From IMG/VR virus record IMGVR_UViG_3300029544_000210, positions 20,406-84,405 of that record: a stretch of DNA of 64,000 nt. One strand, 5' to 3'. The notes beneath the pieces were generated by a model. The model had not been told where the DNA came from, ran no database searches, and was given only the letters and a program-made list of their open reading frames with translations. Numbering within the stretch: the stretch's first letter is position 1; each line of letters opens with the position of its first letter. Made by a program: the position numbers and the translations under genes. Below, piece by piece: positions 1 to 11,719 of this stretch. This stretch comes from a virus. Its lineage: Duplodnaviria > Heunggongvirae > Uroviricota > Caudoviricetes.

Positions 1-943
1 TTTCTGTACCTCTGCCAATTGCTCTCTACTTTCGGTATTAATGTCACCAGATGCCATTTTCTTCTTTGTGAGCTTAAAATATCTATTACGCTTTCCAAGT
101 AACCAAACCATGAATTTAATCTTGAATTTTTTGATATTCTCCTCATTGGAGATAATAAGAATTTTTCGATCATAATACAGAAGTGCCATAAGAATTGTAA
201 TCCACCAAGTAGATTTACCTGCACTTGAGAATCCACCCATCATTGTAAGTGTTCCTTCAAACAATCCCATAATCTGTCGTGATAAAAACGGAAAACAGTT
301 CATCTCTTCACCATTTTTATCATAGCCAGCAATATCAAATGGTACACCATTTTCTTCGCCATCTTTACAAGACTCTATGAATTCATCATCAAAATCAATT
401 TCTTCCTCTTCAAGTATTTTACTGCTATAACCAGTTCCATAACTAGATATACGAGCTTCATACCAATCTGTTACTTCTTCAGCAGTCATCTTTCTGAACA
501 ATTTAAAAGGTATTACCTTTTTATCTCCTACAGTTATTTCCTGCAAAAGATTGAAACCATCCTTATACATATTCAACATAATATTCTCTCTATAAAGAAT
601 ATCTATATATGTATCAAAATTCTGAGTATTGATAATATCAATTTGGTGTTGAATTGTATCCCAACCACCCTTATCCTCAAATTTCTCAATAACTTCTTCG
701 TTCATATTTGATAAAATAGTTATTTCATCTAAGGAATAAAAACCTTTCTTTCTCAGATTTTTCAATAATGAAAAATAAAAAAGACCATCTGCTGTAATAA
801 AATCTTTTTGTTCAAATGTTGTATCATCAAGTAAAAGCATATCCTTAAAAAAACAACTGATAACATTACCTTCGTACTCAATTCTACCTTTTAACAATTG
901 AGCAGGATATTTCTCTTTTACGCCTGTAATAAATTCACTTATG
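1..943 (-). CDS. DnaB-like replicative helicase. N-terminus is in the window; the C-terminal part runs off the window start
   Basis: Minus-strand reading frame is open from ~943 to position 1. Translation contains the Walker A motif MGGFSSAGKST, followed by ILIISNEEN, typical of DnaB/RecA-fold helicases. An in-frame stop lies immediately upstream of a GTG at 943. Confidence 0.55.
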
Positions 944-1423
944 TTAATCACCTACGCTTTCTTCAATTTCAGATAAGCTTCTACGTTTATTTCTTCTCTT
1001 ATAATGCATAATTGGTATATCAACTTCAACTTCTCTCGGGTTTTCAGGCTTTTTCATTCTAAAGTCAGCCAAATTATTTTTAAGTATCGCAGCGAAATAC
1101 CGAATTTTTGCATATTCACTTACAAAATCCTTTTCAAGAACCTTTGTTATATATTCTTTATTCTCTGTTAGATATGCCAAAATATGTTCATAAGAATACA
1201 CATCCAATAAAAGATTTATCTCTTTGAACAAAGCAGAATTCAAAACTTTATATCCAAATATCTGATTAATACATTCATATGTATTGTCTTTTATTTCCTT
1301 TTCGTGCAATACTTTCTGATATTCAACTTCATTGCAATAGTAGGTGTTCTTACCACCTACTACTACTTTGAATGCTTCATTTCTATCTACTTTAGTACCA
1401 CACAGTCTGCATTTAACCAGCAT
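944..1423 (-). CDS. hypothetical protein with N-terminal zinc-ribbon (CRLCG...YYCNE)
   Basis: ORF track entry. Cys pairs at the N-terminus. AAGGAG Shine-Dalgarno upstream of the ATG. Confidence 0.5.
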   Translation of the reverse strand: MLVKCRLCGTKVDRNEAFKVVVGGKNTYYCNEVEYQKVLHEKEIKDNTYECINQIFGYKVLNSALFKEINLLLDVYSYEHILAYLTENKEYITKVLEKDFVSEYAKIRYFAAILKNNLADFRMKKPENPREVEVDIPIMHYKRRNKRRSLSEIEESVGD

Positions 1424-1435
1424 GTGTTACTCCTT

Positions 1436-2575
1436 TTAGTTCATCATGTCATAGATTCTCTTTAATCCGTCCTCATCGACATCATTAAGCTTACCATACT
1501 CAGCAATTACATTCTTAACAGAAGCCTTGAGTTCTGCATCTTTGCACTCCTTATACATCTTACGAATAACAGCATCTAAATCATCTGGATATGTAGAAGT
1601 TTCTGTTGTCTCTTCGATTGTATCCTCTACGGGTGTGTCGATATCATCAATATCGTCTTCCTCAATAGGATCAGGTTCAGCAACCTTTTCTTCCTTAACT
1701 GGTGTTGCCTTCTTAGATGTAGGCTTCTTGGTGGAAACAGAATCGACACGACCATTCTTTAATGCAGTCTCAATTGTATCAATAAATGTCTGTCCCATAT
1801 TTAACTGGTCAAATGGGATATATTCAGGGATTGATAAATCCTTTAATCTACCACCAGCTTCAACAATTTCATTGCCACGGAAATATAATCTACGCTCTGT
1901 TTCTTTTACATAACGTTTTGTGCTATCACCTTCGCCTTTTTCCTCGATCTCTCTATCAATTAATCCAGTTGCAATAATATCAAAACAATCAGCAACTGCA
2001 CTCTCATAATCCGCAATAAGAGATGAACCCAATCTCTGAAATCCCTCTTCGTCAAGAGATGCTTTATCTTTTACTGTCTTTAATTTTGTGTGACCAATCA
2101 TCCAAGGCATAATTCCTGCATTATATAAGTCATTAAGAAACTTTTTAACTAACTTTGCACACTCTTTTTCGCCATTTGTATATCCACCATAAGCAGCTTT
2201 GATTGATTTAATCTTCTTTCCATTCTCAAGAATAGATAATCTAATTACCTCTGATTCTGCAATACCAAAAAACTCTTCTGCACTATCGAAACATACCATT
2301 TCAACATCATGCTCTTTACCCTTTTCTTTGATAAGCCAATCCTTTACTTCAACTAAATCTTTCCATGTATTTGCATGTGTTGTAAAAATATTATCAATCA
2401 TATTAGTACCGTGCTCCATACCACAAGATACTAACAATCCTTTTTCTGGATTTCCAAATTTGGCATTAATCATATCTGCCCATAAACTTGTCTTACCAAA
2501 CTTACGAACTCCCATAATAAATCCTGTAATCTTATTGATCTCTGTTGCTGATCTCTGTAATGTTGGTTTGTTCAT
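1436..2575 (-). CDS. AAA_24 / Sak4-like RecA-fold ATPase (phage recombination/replication)
   Basis: Walker A GVRKFGKTSLWADM near the N-terminus. Acidic Asp/Glu-rich C-terminal tail. GGAGGAA Shine-Dalgarno upstream. Confidence 0.6.
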   Translation of the reverse strand: MNKPTLQRSATEINKITGFIMGVRKFGKTSLWADMINAKFGNPEKGLLVSCGMEHGTNMIDNIFTTHANTWKDLVEVKDWLIKEKGKEHDVEMVCFDSAEEFFGIAESEVIRLSILENGKKIKSIKAAYGGYTNGEKECAKLVKKFLNDLYNAGIMPWMIGHTKLKTVKDKASLDEEGFQRLGSSLIADYESAVADCFDIIATGLIDREIEEKGEGDSTKRYVKETERRLYFRGNEIVEAGGRLKDLSIPEYIPFDQLNMGQTFIDTIETALKNGRVDSVSTKKPTSKKATPVKEEKVAEPDPIEEDDIDDIDTPVEDTIEETTETSTYPDDLDAVIRKMYKECKDAELKASVKNVIAEYGKLNDVDEDGLKRIYDMMN

Positions 2576-2639
2576 TAATATAATTCCTCCATATTTCTAT
2601 TTGTTATTATCGAGAGAGGGGCATTTGCCCTCATCTCTT

Positions 2640-3851
2640 TTAAAGTTCATCATCGTCATCTTCAAAGAGGTCTTCTGTTCCTTCTGGAAGCTCCTCTTCA
2701 AGTGGCTTAATTACCATATCATCTTCTGTATATACCGTGTCCTGTCTGCCCTTAGTGAATCCCTTTGCTGGCTTTAAGAACTGATACTCTCTAATTCTTT
2801 CACCATATACACTTCCACCAAGTTCTGCACGAATATCATCCATAGTAATAAGACCACACTCTAAGTCATCCTTCTGTTCATCAGTAAGCATGTCCTCTGT
2901 AATCTCTGTCTTCTGAGCACCATTAAGCATATTAACGACTGCACCATATTCCTTGAACGTATCATCATCAACAATAAATTTATGCTTGATTGACTCTGCT
3001 CTCTTCTTAGCCTTTTCATCAGCATCATCTGAAGGAACTGGAATTGTAATTGTAACTGGCACAGCAATATTACCCTTACGATTATTGTCATATTCCATCA
3101 TGTATCCATTCACATAATACTTACCCTTCTCTTCTACACTCATATCATCTAAACTCTCTGAGTTAAATAAGACATTAATTGTAGCTGTTGAACTCTCTTC
3201 TGCATCGTCTGCTGCGAGATAAATACGATTAGGAACATATGATTCATAAACTCTCTGATTTTTGTCTGAATACTGATACTCGCCATTTCCACGAATGAAG
3301 AACTTCTTATCAGAATACTCTCCACTATCAATAACCTTCTTAATAAAGTCGATGAAATCCCATTCTGAAATAAATTCATGTCTTCTTTTGTTACTCTTTT
3401 CAAGCTCCGCATTTACATCTGCTTCATTCTCAAGACCAATCTCTTTTAACTCTTCATTAGTAAGGCTTGTTCCTTCCTTAACCTTTTCAGCAGCCTTTTC
3501 AAGCTTATATCTACGACCTGGCTTTTCAAGATCAAAGATGAACTTCTTGAACTCTGCAACTTCTGCTAATTTTGATGATGTAAGTCTCTCCTTAAATGGA
3601 ATCTTTAATGATTCACCTTTAACCTTATTGCCATTTTCATCTACACCACTCTTAGAAAATGTGTACACATCACCATGACCATCCGCAAAAGCACCTGATG
3701 TAACAGTCATCATGTGTCTGTTATCTCCACAAGCTACATTAAACATTAACTGCTTGCGTACCCAACCAGAATCAAACTGCTTTTCCTGATAAGGATGGAA
3801 CTTTTCACTCTCCTTACCGATACTTAACTTTCCTGTCATTTCAAAATTCAT
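2640..3851 (-). CDS. hypothetical protein (403 aa) next to the AAA_24 ATPase. Possible recombination/ssDNA-binding partner
   Basis: Long ORF with an acidic C-terminus (EDDDDEL). No motif I can name with confidence. Confidence 0.4.
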   Translation of the reverse strand: MNFEMTGKLSIGKESEKFHPYQEKQFDSGWVRKQLMFNVACGDNRHMMTVTSGAFADGHGDVYTFSKSGVDENGNKVKGESLKIPFKERLTSSKLAEVAEFKKFIFDLEKPGRRYKLEKAAEKVKEGTSLTNEELKEIGLENEADVNAELEKSNKRRHEFISEWDFIDFIKKVIDSGEYSDKKFFIRGNGEYQYSDKNQRVYESYVPNRIYLAADDAEESSTATINVLFNSESLDDMSVEEKGKYYVNGYMMEYDNNRKGNIAVPVTITIPVPSDDADEKAKKRAESIKHKFIVDDDTFKEYGAVVNMLNGAQKTEITEDMLTDEQKDDLECGLITMDDIRAELGGSVYGERIREYQFLKPAKGFTKGRQDTVYTEDDMVIKPLEEELPEGTEDLFEDDDDEL

Positions 3852-4845
3852 TAAATGAATCCTCCTTATATGTAAATAATTTTTGATAACTTATATATAA
3901 ACGCCCACTTAGGACGGAACATGGAAGTAAATCTATATGAAAATTTATCCATAAACAGTGATTTTTGGTGTACTTAACCAAGGGTATGCTGTTTCACCAC
4001 CCATATTTTTATTCGCTGTTCAGTTATTTATTTTGGAAATTTTGACTTGATTAAGTCGGATCAACTATTCGATATGCCAATCTTTTATCTGTAAAGATTT
4101 CTTCTCCATTATCTTTTAATTTCGTTATGTTACAAGACAAATGCATTTCATCATATTCCAGATTTGAAATTTTACAATTAGATTGGATACTGTTTCCTTT
4201 CATAACTTTTGACTTGAAGAAAACTGCCTTACCATTATAATTCTTATGTGCATCACAATAAGTATCCCAACTGTCTGCCTCAACTACTCTTGACTGATGA
4301 TCTCTGATGATATTATTTTTATCAATGATTAGATTTGTTTCAATTACTTCTATGCATATCACCTCTATTCATATATTCTCTATTTTACATTTGGAAATTT
4401 TAAACTGAATTGTTCAAGACTAAGAACTTACTTTGTTGTTCATAATATTTAGTATTGTATTTAACATATTCTCTGTGGTTGCGAAGTCTCCACCTAAACA
4501 AGAAGCAGTTGTCTTTATTTCATAAGTCCAATCAGCTTTATTGCTTGTTGACTCTACTGGATAATTCATATATAATACTGTTCCCTTTGGAACAATAATA
4601 TCATGGTACTTATCTTTGTAATCTTCTTTCAAAACCTTTAACCACTTTTGACAACCTTTATTATATGATTTGTACTTTGCATCACTTGTATATACACGAA
4701 AATAAGGTTCAGACGGATATTCAATGCTCTTGAATTTGTTAATTACAAGTAATACTCCATCAGATATTCTATAAAGGTCTTGATAATCTGTTTCTGCTAA
4801 TATCTCTATTTATATCACCTCACTTATTTATTCTCTATTAGTAAA

Positions 4846-5112
4846 TTATTTATCACACATAACACTGCCATCAGAGTTTAGTCTTGGTGTCATACCACCC
4901 ATACCTGCATATCCTGCTGCATATGAATAAATCCAATAATGAACACCTGTATCTGGATCAATAAATTCATAAATGTCACTATTATAAATTTTAGGTGTTG
5001 TACCACTATTATTTGTTTGTGTACCTTCTGGAATGGTACATCCGACTAACGAAAACATTAAAACTAATGCTGTTGCGAGTACCATAAGTTTCTTTTTCAT
5101 ATCTTTTCTCAC
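4846..5112 (-). CDS. lipoprotein (signal peptide plus lipobox LVGC)
   Basis: N-terminus MRKDMKKKLMVLATALVLMFSLVGCT. Confidence 0.55.
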   Translation of the reverse strand: MRKDMKKKLMVLATALVLMFSLVGCTIPEGTQTNNSGTTPKIYNSDIYEFIDPDTGVHYWIYSYAAGYAGMGGMTPRLNSDGSVMCDK

Positions 5113-5545
5113 CTCTCGTCTTTTAAAATTAAATAGTATAAGAAACTTAGAAAAGTAAAACTAAGTCCCAATATTTTATTCTCTGTTTGATATGCGCACA
5201 TTGTTATTCCAACAGAAAAGCTAATGCTTGTTTTATGTATTGCTTCATATTATTACACCTCCAAGTTCAAATGAAACAGTGAATTCCACTGAATTACTTC
5301 ACTTACTTATTCTCCCGTTTTTAAATTTATTTAAGATAAACTTTCTTCAACTAATATATTTAATTTTTTCCAACAAGAAATACATATATGGAATGGCTGA
5401 CTTTGTAATCTGAACGATTTTAGATATATGATCTTTTCATTACTTAATTCTTTATCACAAATTTTACATCTACATTTTTTAGTATTTCTTACTTCAAATT
5501 CGTTAAATTCATGTATAAAGCTTTTATCCATTTCATCATCTCCAA

Positions 5546-5911
5546 CTATTTATTCTCTGTTTCAGGTTCTTCTAAAACTGCAATGCTCAAAGTTCCTGTA
5601 TCACAATTTCTACCCATTCTTGTCTTAAATCCAAGTTCATTCAATTCTTTGTCTAATTCGTATAGATCATTTTCATCTGTACTGTAAATCTTACTACCTT
5701 TACAAATCTCGACAGCTCTTACATAATTTTTATCTTGCCAAGCCGAACTAATATATAACCATTGGTCTGTATCTACTTTAGATATTTTATTTCGTGGAAC
5801 TACTGTGAATGGTTTAAGAATTTCTTCGATTTCATCTTTATGTTCTATGTAATTATCTACTGGATCTCGTATCAAATTAAGACACGCTCTACAACCTCTT
5901 TTATATTCCAT
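5546..5911 (-). CDS. hypothetical protein. Paralog of 21024..21563 (shared YKRGxRAxxNLIRDPxDNYxEHKxEIE N-terminal domain)
   Basis: Alignment of the two translations. The true start is probably the internal Met (MEYKRG...), which is preceded by GGAGAATAAT. Confidence 0.5.
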   Translation of the reverse strand: MEYKRGCRACLNLIRDPVDNYIEHKDEIEEILKPFTVVPRNKISKVDTDQWLYISSAWQDKNYVRAVEICKGSKIYSTDENDLYELDKELNELGFKTRMGRNCDTGTLSIAVLEEPETENK

Positions 5912-8900
5912 AATATTATTCTCCATTACTTTTATATAAAACATTAAAAGTTTTAATAACTTGTTCTCTAACTTCGTCCATGCTTTTTGCTTTCACTACA
6001 AGAACGATTGAATTATGATAAAAATCAGAAGCGTTTACTTCATCATAAAAATTTTCAATCATTTTTTGTGTTGGTTTTGGCTCAAAAGCCAGAGATAAAA
6101 CTCTTCCTATTCTTGTTGTAAGTGGTTCATACTGTACTAAAAACATATTATCCATAACTGTTTATTCTCCAATTTGTGCCAAGAAATGTCAGTTTCATTC
6201 GGTCTTGATTTCCATACCATATATAGTGTTTGTTGTGCTTTACGCTCACTATATATGGTATGTTATTTACTCTTCACCAATAAATACCAATCTATCAATA
6301 TATTCTCTACTTTTCAGAAGATTTCTTTAAGTCTGTTAATGCATAATCTAAATCCTTAACCGTCTGAATAGCTTCCTTCATACTATTCATACCAGCAACA
6401 GCACTTGAAAAAGCTTTAATACTTTCAAACTCCATCTCTGAAATAGTCTTTAAAACATCGACCAATTTCATATTGCCAATTCCAGATACCTTTGCTGCAT
6501 TTTCGATTGTTTCTTCTTCATTGACAAGTAAATCAATAAACTGTCTTACCTTATTATTCTCCATCGTGTTTAACTCCTTCATATATTCTTTTTAATCTTT
6601 CTTTGCATTCCTTACTTGGATAACCAGAATTAGATAAAGCTAGTTTTATCCATTCTATCGTCTGTTTATCTACTTGTTCTTTGTCAAGTTCAACATCTTT
6701 TACTTCACCATCATAAGACTCGTCATACTTCTTCATTTCTTCAACTAAGTAATTTGATACATCTTCGATACTTGGATATTTTTCGATATGTCATGCACCT
6801 CCCTAATAAGTTATTCTCCATACTTTTCAAATAATTCTGCCATTGTCATATCATTGTATTTTGCAAGATCCACACAACAAGCACATACATTTTTAGGTTG
6901 CGATGCTCCAATTCCATAGCATAGATAATCAGTCAATTTAGCATACTGAAAATTTTCATATTCTCCTCTTGTATTCCAACCTACCATTTCTTCACCACTA
7001 ATAATGAATTTTGTATCAGGAACACTAAGTACACTGCCATTACACTGTCTCCACCATGCCTCTTCACCTGCTAATTTAACAAATTCATCTTCTGACATAT
7101 CACACATCTTATTAAATAGGTTTTTAGATATTTCCCATACCTCATATCTATTCCCAGCATATGTAATTTCAGCATCATTTGGTGGATTATCTACAATGTC
7201 AAAAAATCTTTTTAATTTATTTCCTAAAATCTCCATTATTTTACCTCTCAAGGAAACCGATATTTATTCTTTGATTCAAATTCTTCAAGTGCTTTATAAA
7301 ATTCACTGCCTTTAATTTCTATAAAGCCTGTACTATCATCTGGTGTAATAGTTTCATATTTTGTTGTAGAAATTTTTAAATATAATTTATTCTCATGTTC
7401 AAATCTTGAAATTGAATATCCCCCTAAATGTAATTCTTTGAAATAATCTCCTTCTTGAATTGGATGATTATTAATAACAATTTCTTTTTCAACGCACAAA
7501 TCCTGGAACTCTTTTGATGTTTTGCTATTGGCTCTAAATTTTCTCATTAATACATTAGAATCGCAGAATAACTTAGTTGGTTTTAGTAATTCCTTACCAA
7601 ATTTCTGATTGTTTTCATCGCAATGGGCAATATATAATCTAATATTATGTTTCTCATGCTCTTTAAATGGACAATTTACAAATCCATCTCCACTAATATG
7701 ATATTCTTTTCCAGCAATACCTTTATTCTCAAAAAAATTATTTACTAATATTCTTCTTTCTTCCTCATGTTTTCTATAATCATCAATCTCTTTGAGGAAT
7801 TTCTCATTTGTTACAATATAAAATTTCTCCATTTTTTATCTCCACATTTCCACAAGAATCGAATCATTCTTATTAATTTATTCTCTCAATCCATCCAATA
7901 CTCTCATCAAAACGTGTCTTGTAAGTTTTTTAACATCACCACTGTACAATCCACATTCAATGTCACAAGCCTTTAGAACTTCATCAAGAGTTTTATTCTT
8001 CTCTTCACTTAGTAACCTCTTACAGTTCTCATATTCAATATCATTTGTCTCATGAGCATTTCTAAGATTACTTTCTAAGCAGCGAATAATATCAATTAGT
8101 TCATCTTTTGTCATAGATTTTAATGTACTGTCGGAATATGTTTTTCTTCCATCACCTATTGACATGTTCCACCTGCCTTTACTATCTCAATCGCCTTTTC
8201 AAGAGGAATAAGATAATTATTGCTGTTGCCACTTCCATACAGTTTTACAGAAGAGTCCGTTTTCAACTGTCCTACAACACCATCAATATAATAAGCTGTT
8301 GATTGGTCTTTTATGTCTCTATAATCTAACACATAGTTACTACACTCTTGGCAGTGTGATATATCTCCTGAACAATCACCTTCATAGTTGCAATAAAAAC
8401 TCAACTTATCTGCATCAATTAATCTCATTTTATTTCTCCTATTTGTAATCTTCTGGATGTTCTTTATAGTTATCTACCACGCTTTTCATATAACTAAAAT
8501 AATCTCTTACAGAATCACTACTATCAGAAAATCCACTTGTCACTTCGTATCCATTATCGAACACTGCAAAGGTTAAGAAACCTGAGCTATCTAGTCCTAC
8601 TTCTATGTCACAGCCTTTATATTTACCTTTCATGATGTTATTCTCCTAATCATCCTTATCTATAATGAACCAATATAAGAAACTTAAAAGTGTAAAAATG
8701 ATTCCAAGTATCTTATTTTCTGCTTGATATGAATACATCGTTACACCACTCCAGAACCATACCAAAAGAAATGCGATTGCTTGTCTATAATACTTTTTCA
8801 TTTCACACCTCCAATTTTCTCAGCTACTTTTGCCTCACATATTCCACAAATGCAGCCATTTTTCTCATCATACTTTTCAAGTTCACTAATGAGATTACTA

Positions 8901-9672
8901 CAACACCAGCTTGATTCATTAAGATGAAACTCAATCATGTCGTCATCCCAATCCGAAGGAAAATCCATTGGTAGATTTATTATCCACTGTATGGTTTTGG
9001 TCTGTCTATCTGCCATATTATTCTCCAATTTCTATCTTCTGACCGATAAACTTCTGAAGCTGTTCATTTACATCATCAGGATAAGTTTTCACAACATAAT
9101 CAGCGCAAACATGAATTTTTGTAATAATCTTATTCTCATCATACTCAATACTTCCAAGTGTTCCACCTGGAATTCTGATAGGCAAACAACTATTCTCATA
9201 ATCACAAAGCACATAATGTTTCCAATGTCCATTAGGATCAAGTCTAGCAAGTTTATCCAGCTCTGTTGTGATTTCACAATAATATTCATTCATTTTTGAA
9301 TATCTTGAATTCGCATATTTGTTAATCAGCTTCATAATGTTATTCTCCTAACTATGTTCATATATTTGTTGTTTATATCTTGATTTTATATACTCTGATT
9401 GGTTCTCCTTCACTTTTATTGCTTTCTTGTGGATAATACGTATTACCAACCCATTTAAATTTTAAATAGACCAACTCAAAATCGTTTTTATCAATACTAC
9501 ACTTTTCAAGTAATCCATGAAAATTTTTACTCAGCCTAAAACAAGTTTCTACATCATTGTCTTTGTACCAATTCATATTTATCAAAAATTGCGTTCTGTC
9601 ATTACTAATACCACTATAAAAATTTCTCATTCGCACCTCCAATCTATCCAAAGGAAAGAAAAAATTCATTCC

Positions 9673-10293
9673 TTACATATTGTCTATTTCTAACCACCTA
9701 ACAATTGGCTCAGATGTGCTACCTTTTTCCCACACGAACCATGCATGGCACATTGTAGTCGCCCACTTCTTTCCCGTTTTTGGATCTTTCTCTAATCCAC
9801 TATTCCAAGTTGCCATTCTATTCCTGAACACATATATGTACTTAGGTGGATATTTTTCAAATAATTCTTTTCTTTTTGCGCCCTCAAGAAATTGAATTTT
9901 AAGAAACATTGCCATCTGACCATTATCTGTTAATAAATCCATTCCTTTTTCTACAAATTCTTTTGCAAGTGAATATGGTGGATTGGTTATGATGCCTTCG
10001 TATTTTTTATCTGTTTCATATGTAAGAAAATTAGCAACAATTGTGTTAGGATATCCTCTATCGACTAAATCAAGTCCTGTAATTTCTCTTTTATTCTTAT
10101 AAAATTCATTTATTGCATTAGCAATATGACCACCACCTACACACGGTTCTAATATTGTCTGTGCAAAAAAATCATATTTTGAAAGCAGCATTTTTACTGC
10201 TTCAGGATTTGTCGCATAGTAGTCATTTTCTACTCTTTCATTTTCTGGATTACCACCAGCCAATTTAGCACCTGCTAATACTTTTTTCTCCAT
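9673..10293 (-). CDS. N6-adenine methyltransferase (NPPY motif, gamma-like motif order)
   Basis: EPCVGGGHI (motif I-like) followed by ITNPPYS (motif IV). Confidence 0.55.
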   Translation of the reverse strand: MEKKVLAGAKLAGGNPENERVENDYYATNPEAVKMLLSKYDFFAQTILEPCVGGGHIANAINEFYKNKREITGLDLVDRGYPNTIVANFLTYETDKKYEGIITNPPYSLAKEFVEKGMDLLTDNGQMAMFLKIQFLEGAKRKELFEKYPPKYIYVFRNRMATWNSGLEKDPKTGKKWATTMCHAWFVWEKGSTSEPIVRWLEIDNM

Positions 10294-10481
10294 TTTGTGT
10301 TACCAGAAAGCTCATATGATTTACAGTAGCTACACTTTACATCCTTTCTGATATTTATTCTCTTATTAATTGGGATTCCCATAACCGAATAGCTTAGATA
10401 TGATTAAAAATTCCCTATGAAAGATTGGTTTTAAGTGAAATCACTTCATCATTTCTTTCAGTTTTTTATTCTTATATTCTC

Positions 10482-11651
10482 CTATCCGTTGTGTTTTAAT
10501 AAATACTCCCTCGAAACATTTTTAAAACTTTTTTGCCCTGAAATATCTCTGTATACAAATCCCTCTCTCTTAACCTTTGGATTTAATTCACTATATCCAT
10601 CAGCTTCAAGTTTCATCTCTTCCATAGTCTTAGGTAACTCATAAGCCGTATCAATAATTGGCACACTTGTTAATCCATGGCTCTTACAGAAATCAGCCAT
10701 TTCTACAGTTCCCAGTCTTGTACCATCAATAATCAGATTGAATACAAATAACTTATTCTCCGTAAATTTATATGGATTTCCCTGAACCGAGCCAACTCCT
10801 TCACCTTGTAACACAACTCTGTTATAGTCATTCTCTGTTGCAAACTGCGTAAGAATCTTTTCAATGTCATATTTATCAGCCAATTCCCAATAAATATTTG
10901 ACTCGTGATAACAAGCCTGTTCTCTATCAGCCTGCCTTACATTTCTACTGCATACGATAAAATCAAATTTGTTCTTGCCCTTCTTCAATCTATCAACTGC
11001 AAATGTGCAGCTTGTACCATCGCATTTCTCAGTCTTAATCCACTTTTCTGTACTCTGAAGATAAAATGGTGCATTCTCAATTCTTGTCTCATCTGTTTTG
11101 ACAATCCAATCTGGAAACTTCTTTGGATTATCTTTCTTGCGACCAAACAATAGAAACATAATCTTACGACCAATGCTGTATCTCATAATCCTTCTTACAA
11201 TTGGGTTAGCGAATAACTTTGGTCTACGCTTTGCCATTGACTTATATTTAGCATTTGGATCAATCTTATTAGTCTTTCTTGCTGCATCCTCTTCTGAAGC
11301 ATATGTAATCTTCAAAGCTTCTGTAACATCATCACCAATATTTCTATCCTGTAATTCTGGGAAAAGTGATAATGGTAAGGCTAATCCCTGGCTAATTACT
11401 TTGAACTTGCCAAGTTTCATAGTCTTAACTTTGAATTTCTTATTTGCCAAAAATGCGAATCTCTCATCTGTTTCAGGACACTTGCTGTCAATTTCGATAT
11501 AAACAGCCATATCTCCTACATTAAACTCGCCTTTCTTAGCGATGCAAACCCATCCTAAAACTCCAATGAGTTCAATATTATCAGCTCCTTCAATCGGTCT
11601 GATCCACTCAATTTTTTCTACATGTGCTAATGCTCTCTCTTTGTTCTCCAA
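10482..11651 (-). CDS. ATP-dependent RNA ligase (Rnl-family nucleotidyltransferase)
   Basis: Covalent-nucleotidyltransferase motif I KxDG (TEKCDGTSC). Downstream EGFVYRD resembles ligase motif IV/V. Size (389 aa) fits Rnl-like enzymes. Confidence 0.6.
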   Translation of the reverse strand: MENKERALAHVEKIEWIRPIEGADNIELIGVLGWVCIAKKGEFNVGDMAVYIEIDSKCPETDERFAFLANKKFKVKTMKLGKFKVISQGLALPLSLFPELQDRNIGDDVTEALKITYASEEDAARKTNKIDPNAKYKSMAKRRPKLFANPIVRRIMRYSIGRKIMFLLFGRKKDNPKKFPDWIVKTDETRIENAPFYLQSTEKWIKTEKCDGTSCTFAVDRLKKGKNKFDFIVCSRNVRQADREQACYHESNIYWELADKYDIEKILTQFATENDYNRVVLQGEGVGSVQGNPYKFTENKLFVFNLIIDGTRLGTVEMADFCKSHGLTSVPIIDTAYELPKTMEEMKLEADGYSELNPKVKREGFVYRDISGQKSFKNVSREYLLKHNG

Positions 11652-11719
11652 GTTCCTCTTACCTTAGTAAGTAGTGCGCACTTTATCCTATAGGAACTTT
11701 TCTATTTTTCCTTTCTTAT

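Noticed and set aside
1858-1871. 14-nt identity between spacer 2 (CTTCAACAATTTCA) and 1858..1871 inside the AAA_24 ATPase gene
   Set aside because: Only 14 of 30 nt match and the flanks diverge. A match of this length is expected by chance at appreciable frequency in a 64-kb AT-rich window, so it is not evidence of self-targeting.
1527-1977. Plus-strand ORFs in the six-frame track (e.g. 1527..1913, 2199..2777, 30853..31377, 38571..39086, 58601..59050 and many others)
   Set aside because: They overlap longer minus-strand genes that carry recognisable motifs. Their translations are low-complexity (Ser/Leu/Phe/Ile-rich) with no SD, which is typical antisense-frame noise in AT-rich DNA. Only 39627..39893 (+) is supported.
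2611-2640. Imperfect hairpin GAGGGGCATTTGCCCTC between 1436..2575 and 2640..3851
   Set aside because: The stem is imperfect and, on the transcribed (minus) strand, is not followed by a U tract. A T-rich run exists only on the plus strand, where no genes are encoded. Too weak to call a terminator.
4827-4834. TTATTCTC as a stand-alone regulatory motif (>30 copies)
   Set aside because: Largely explained as the reverse complement of GGAGAATAA, i.e. SD plus A-rich spacer and/or the Gly-Glu-stop codons described in the findings. Not an independent element.
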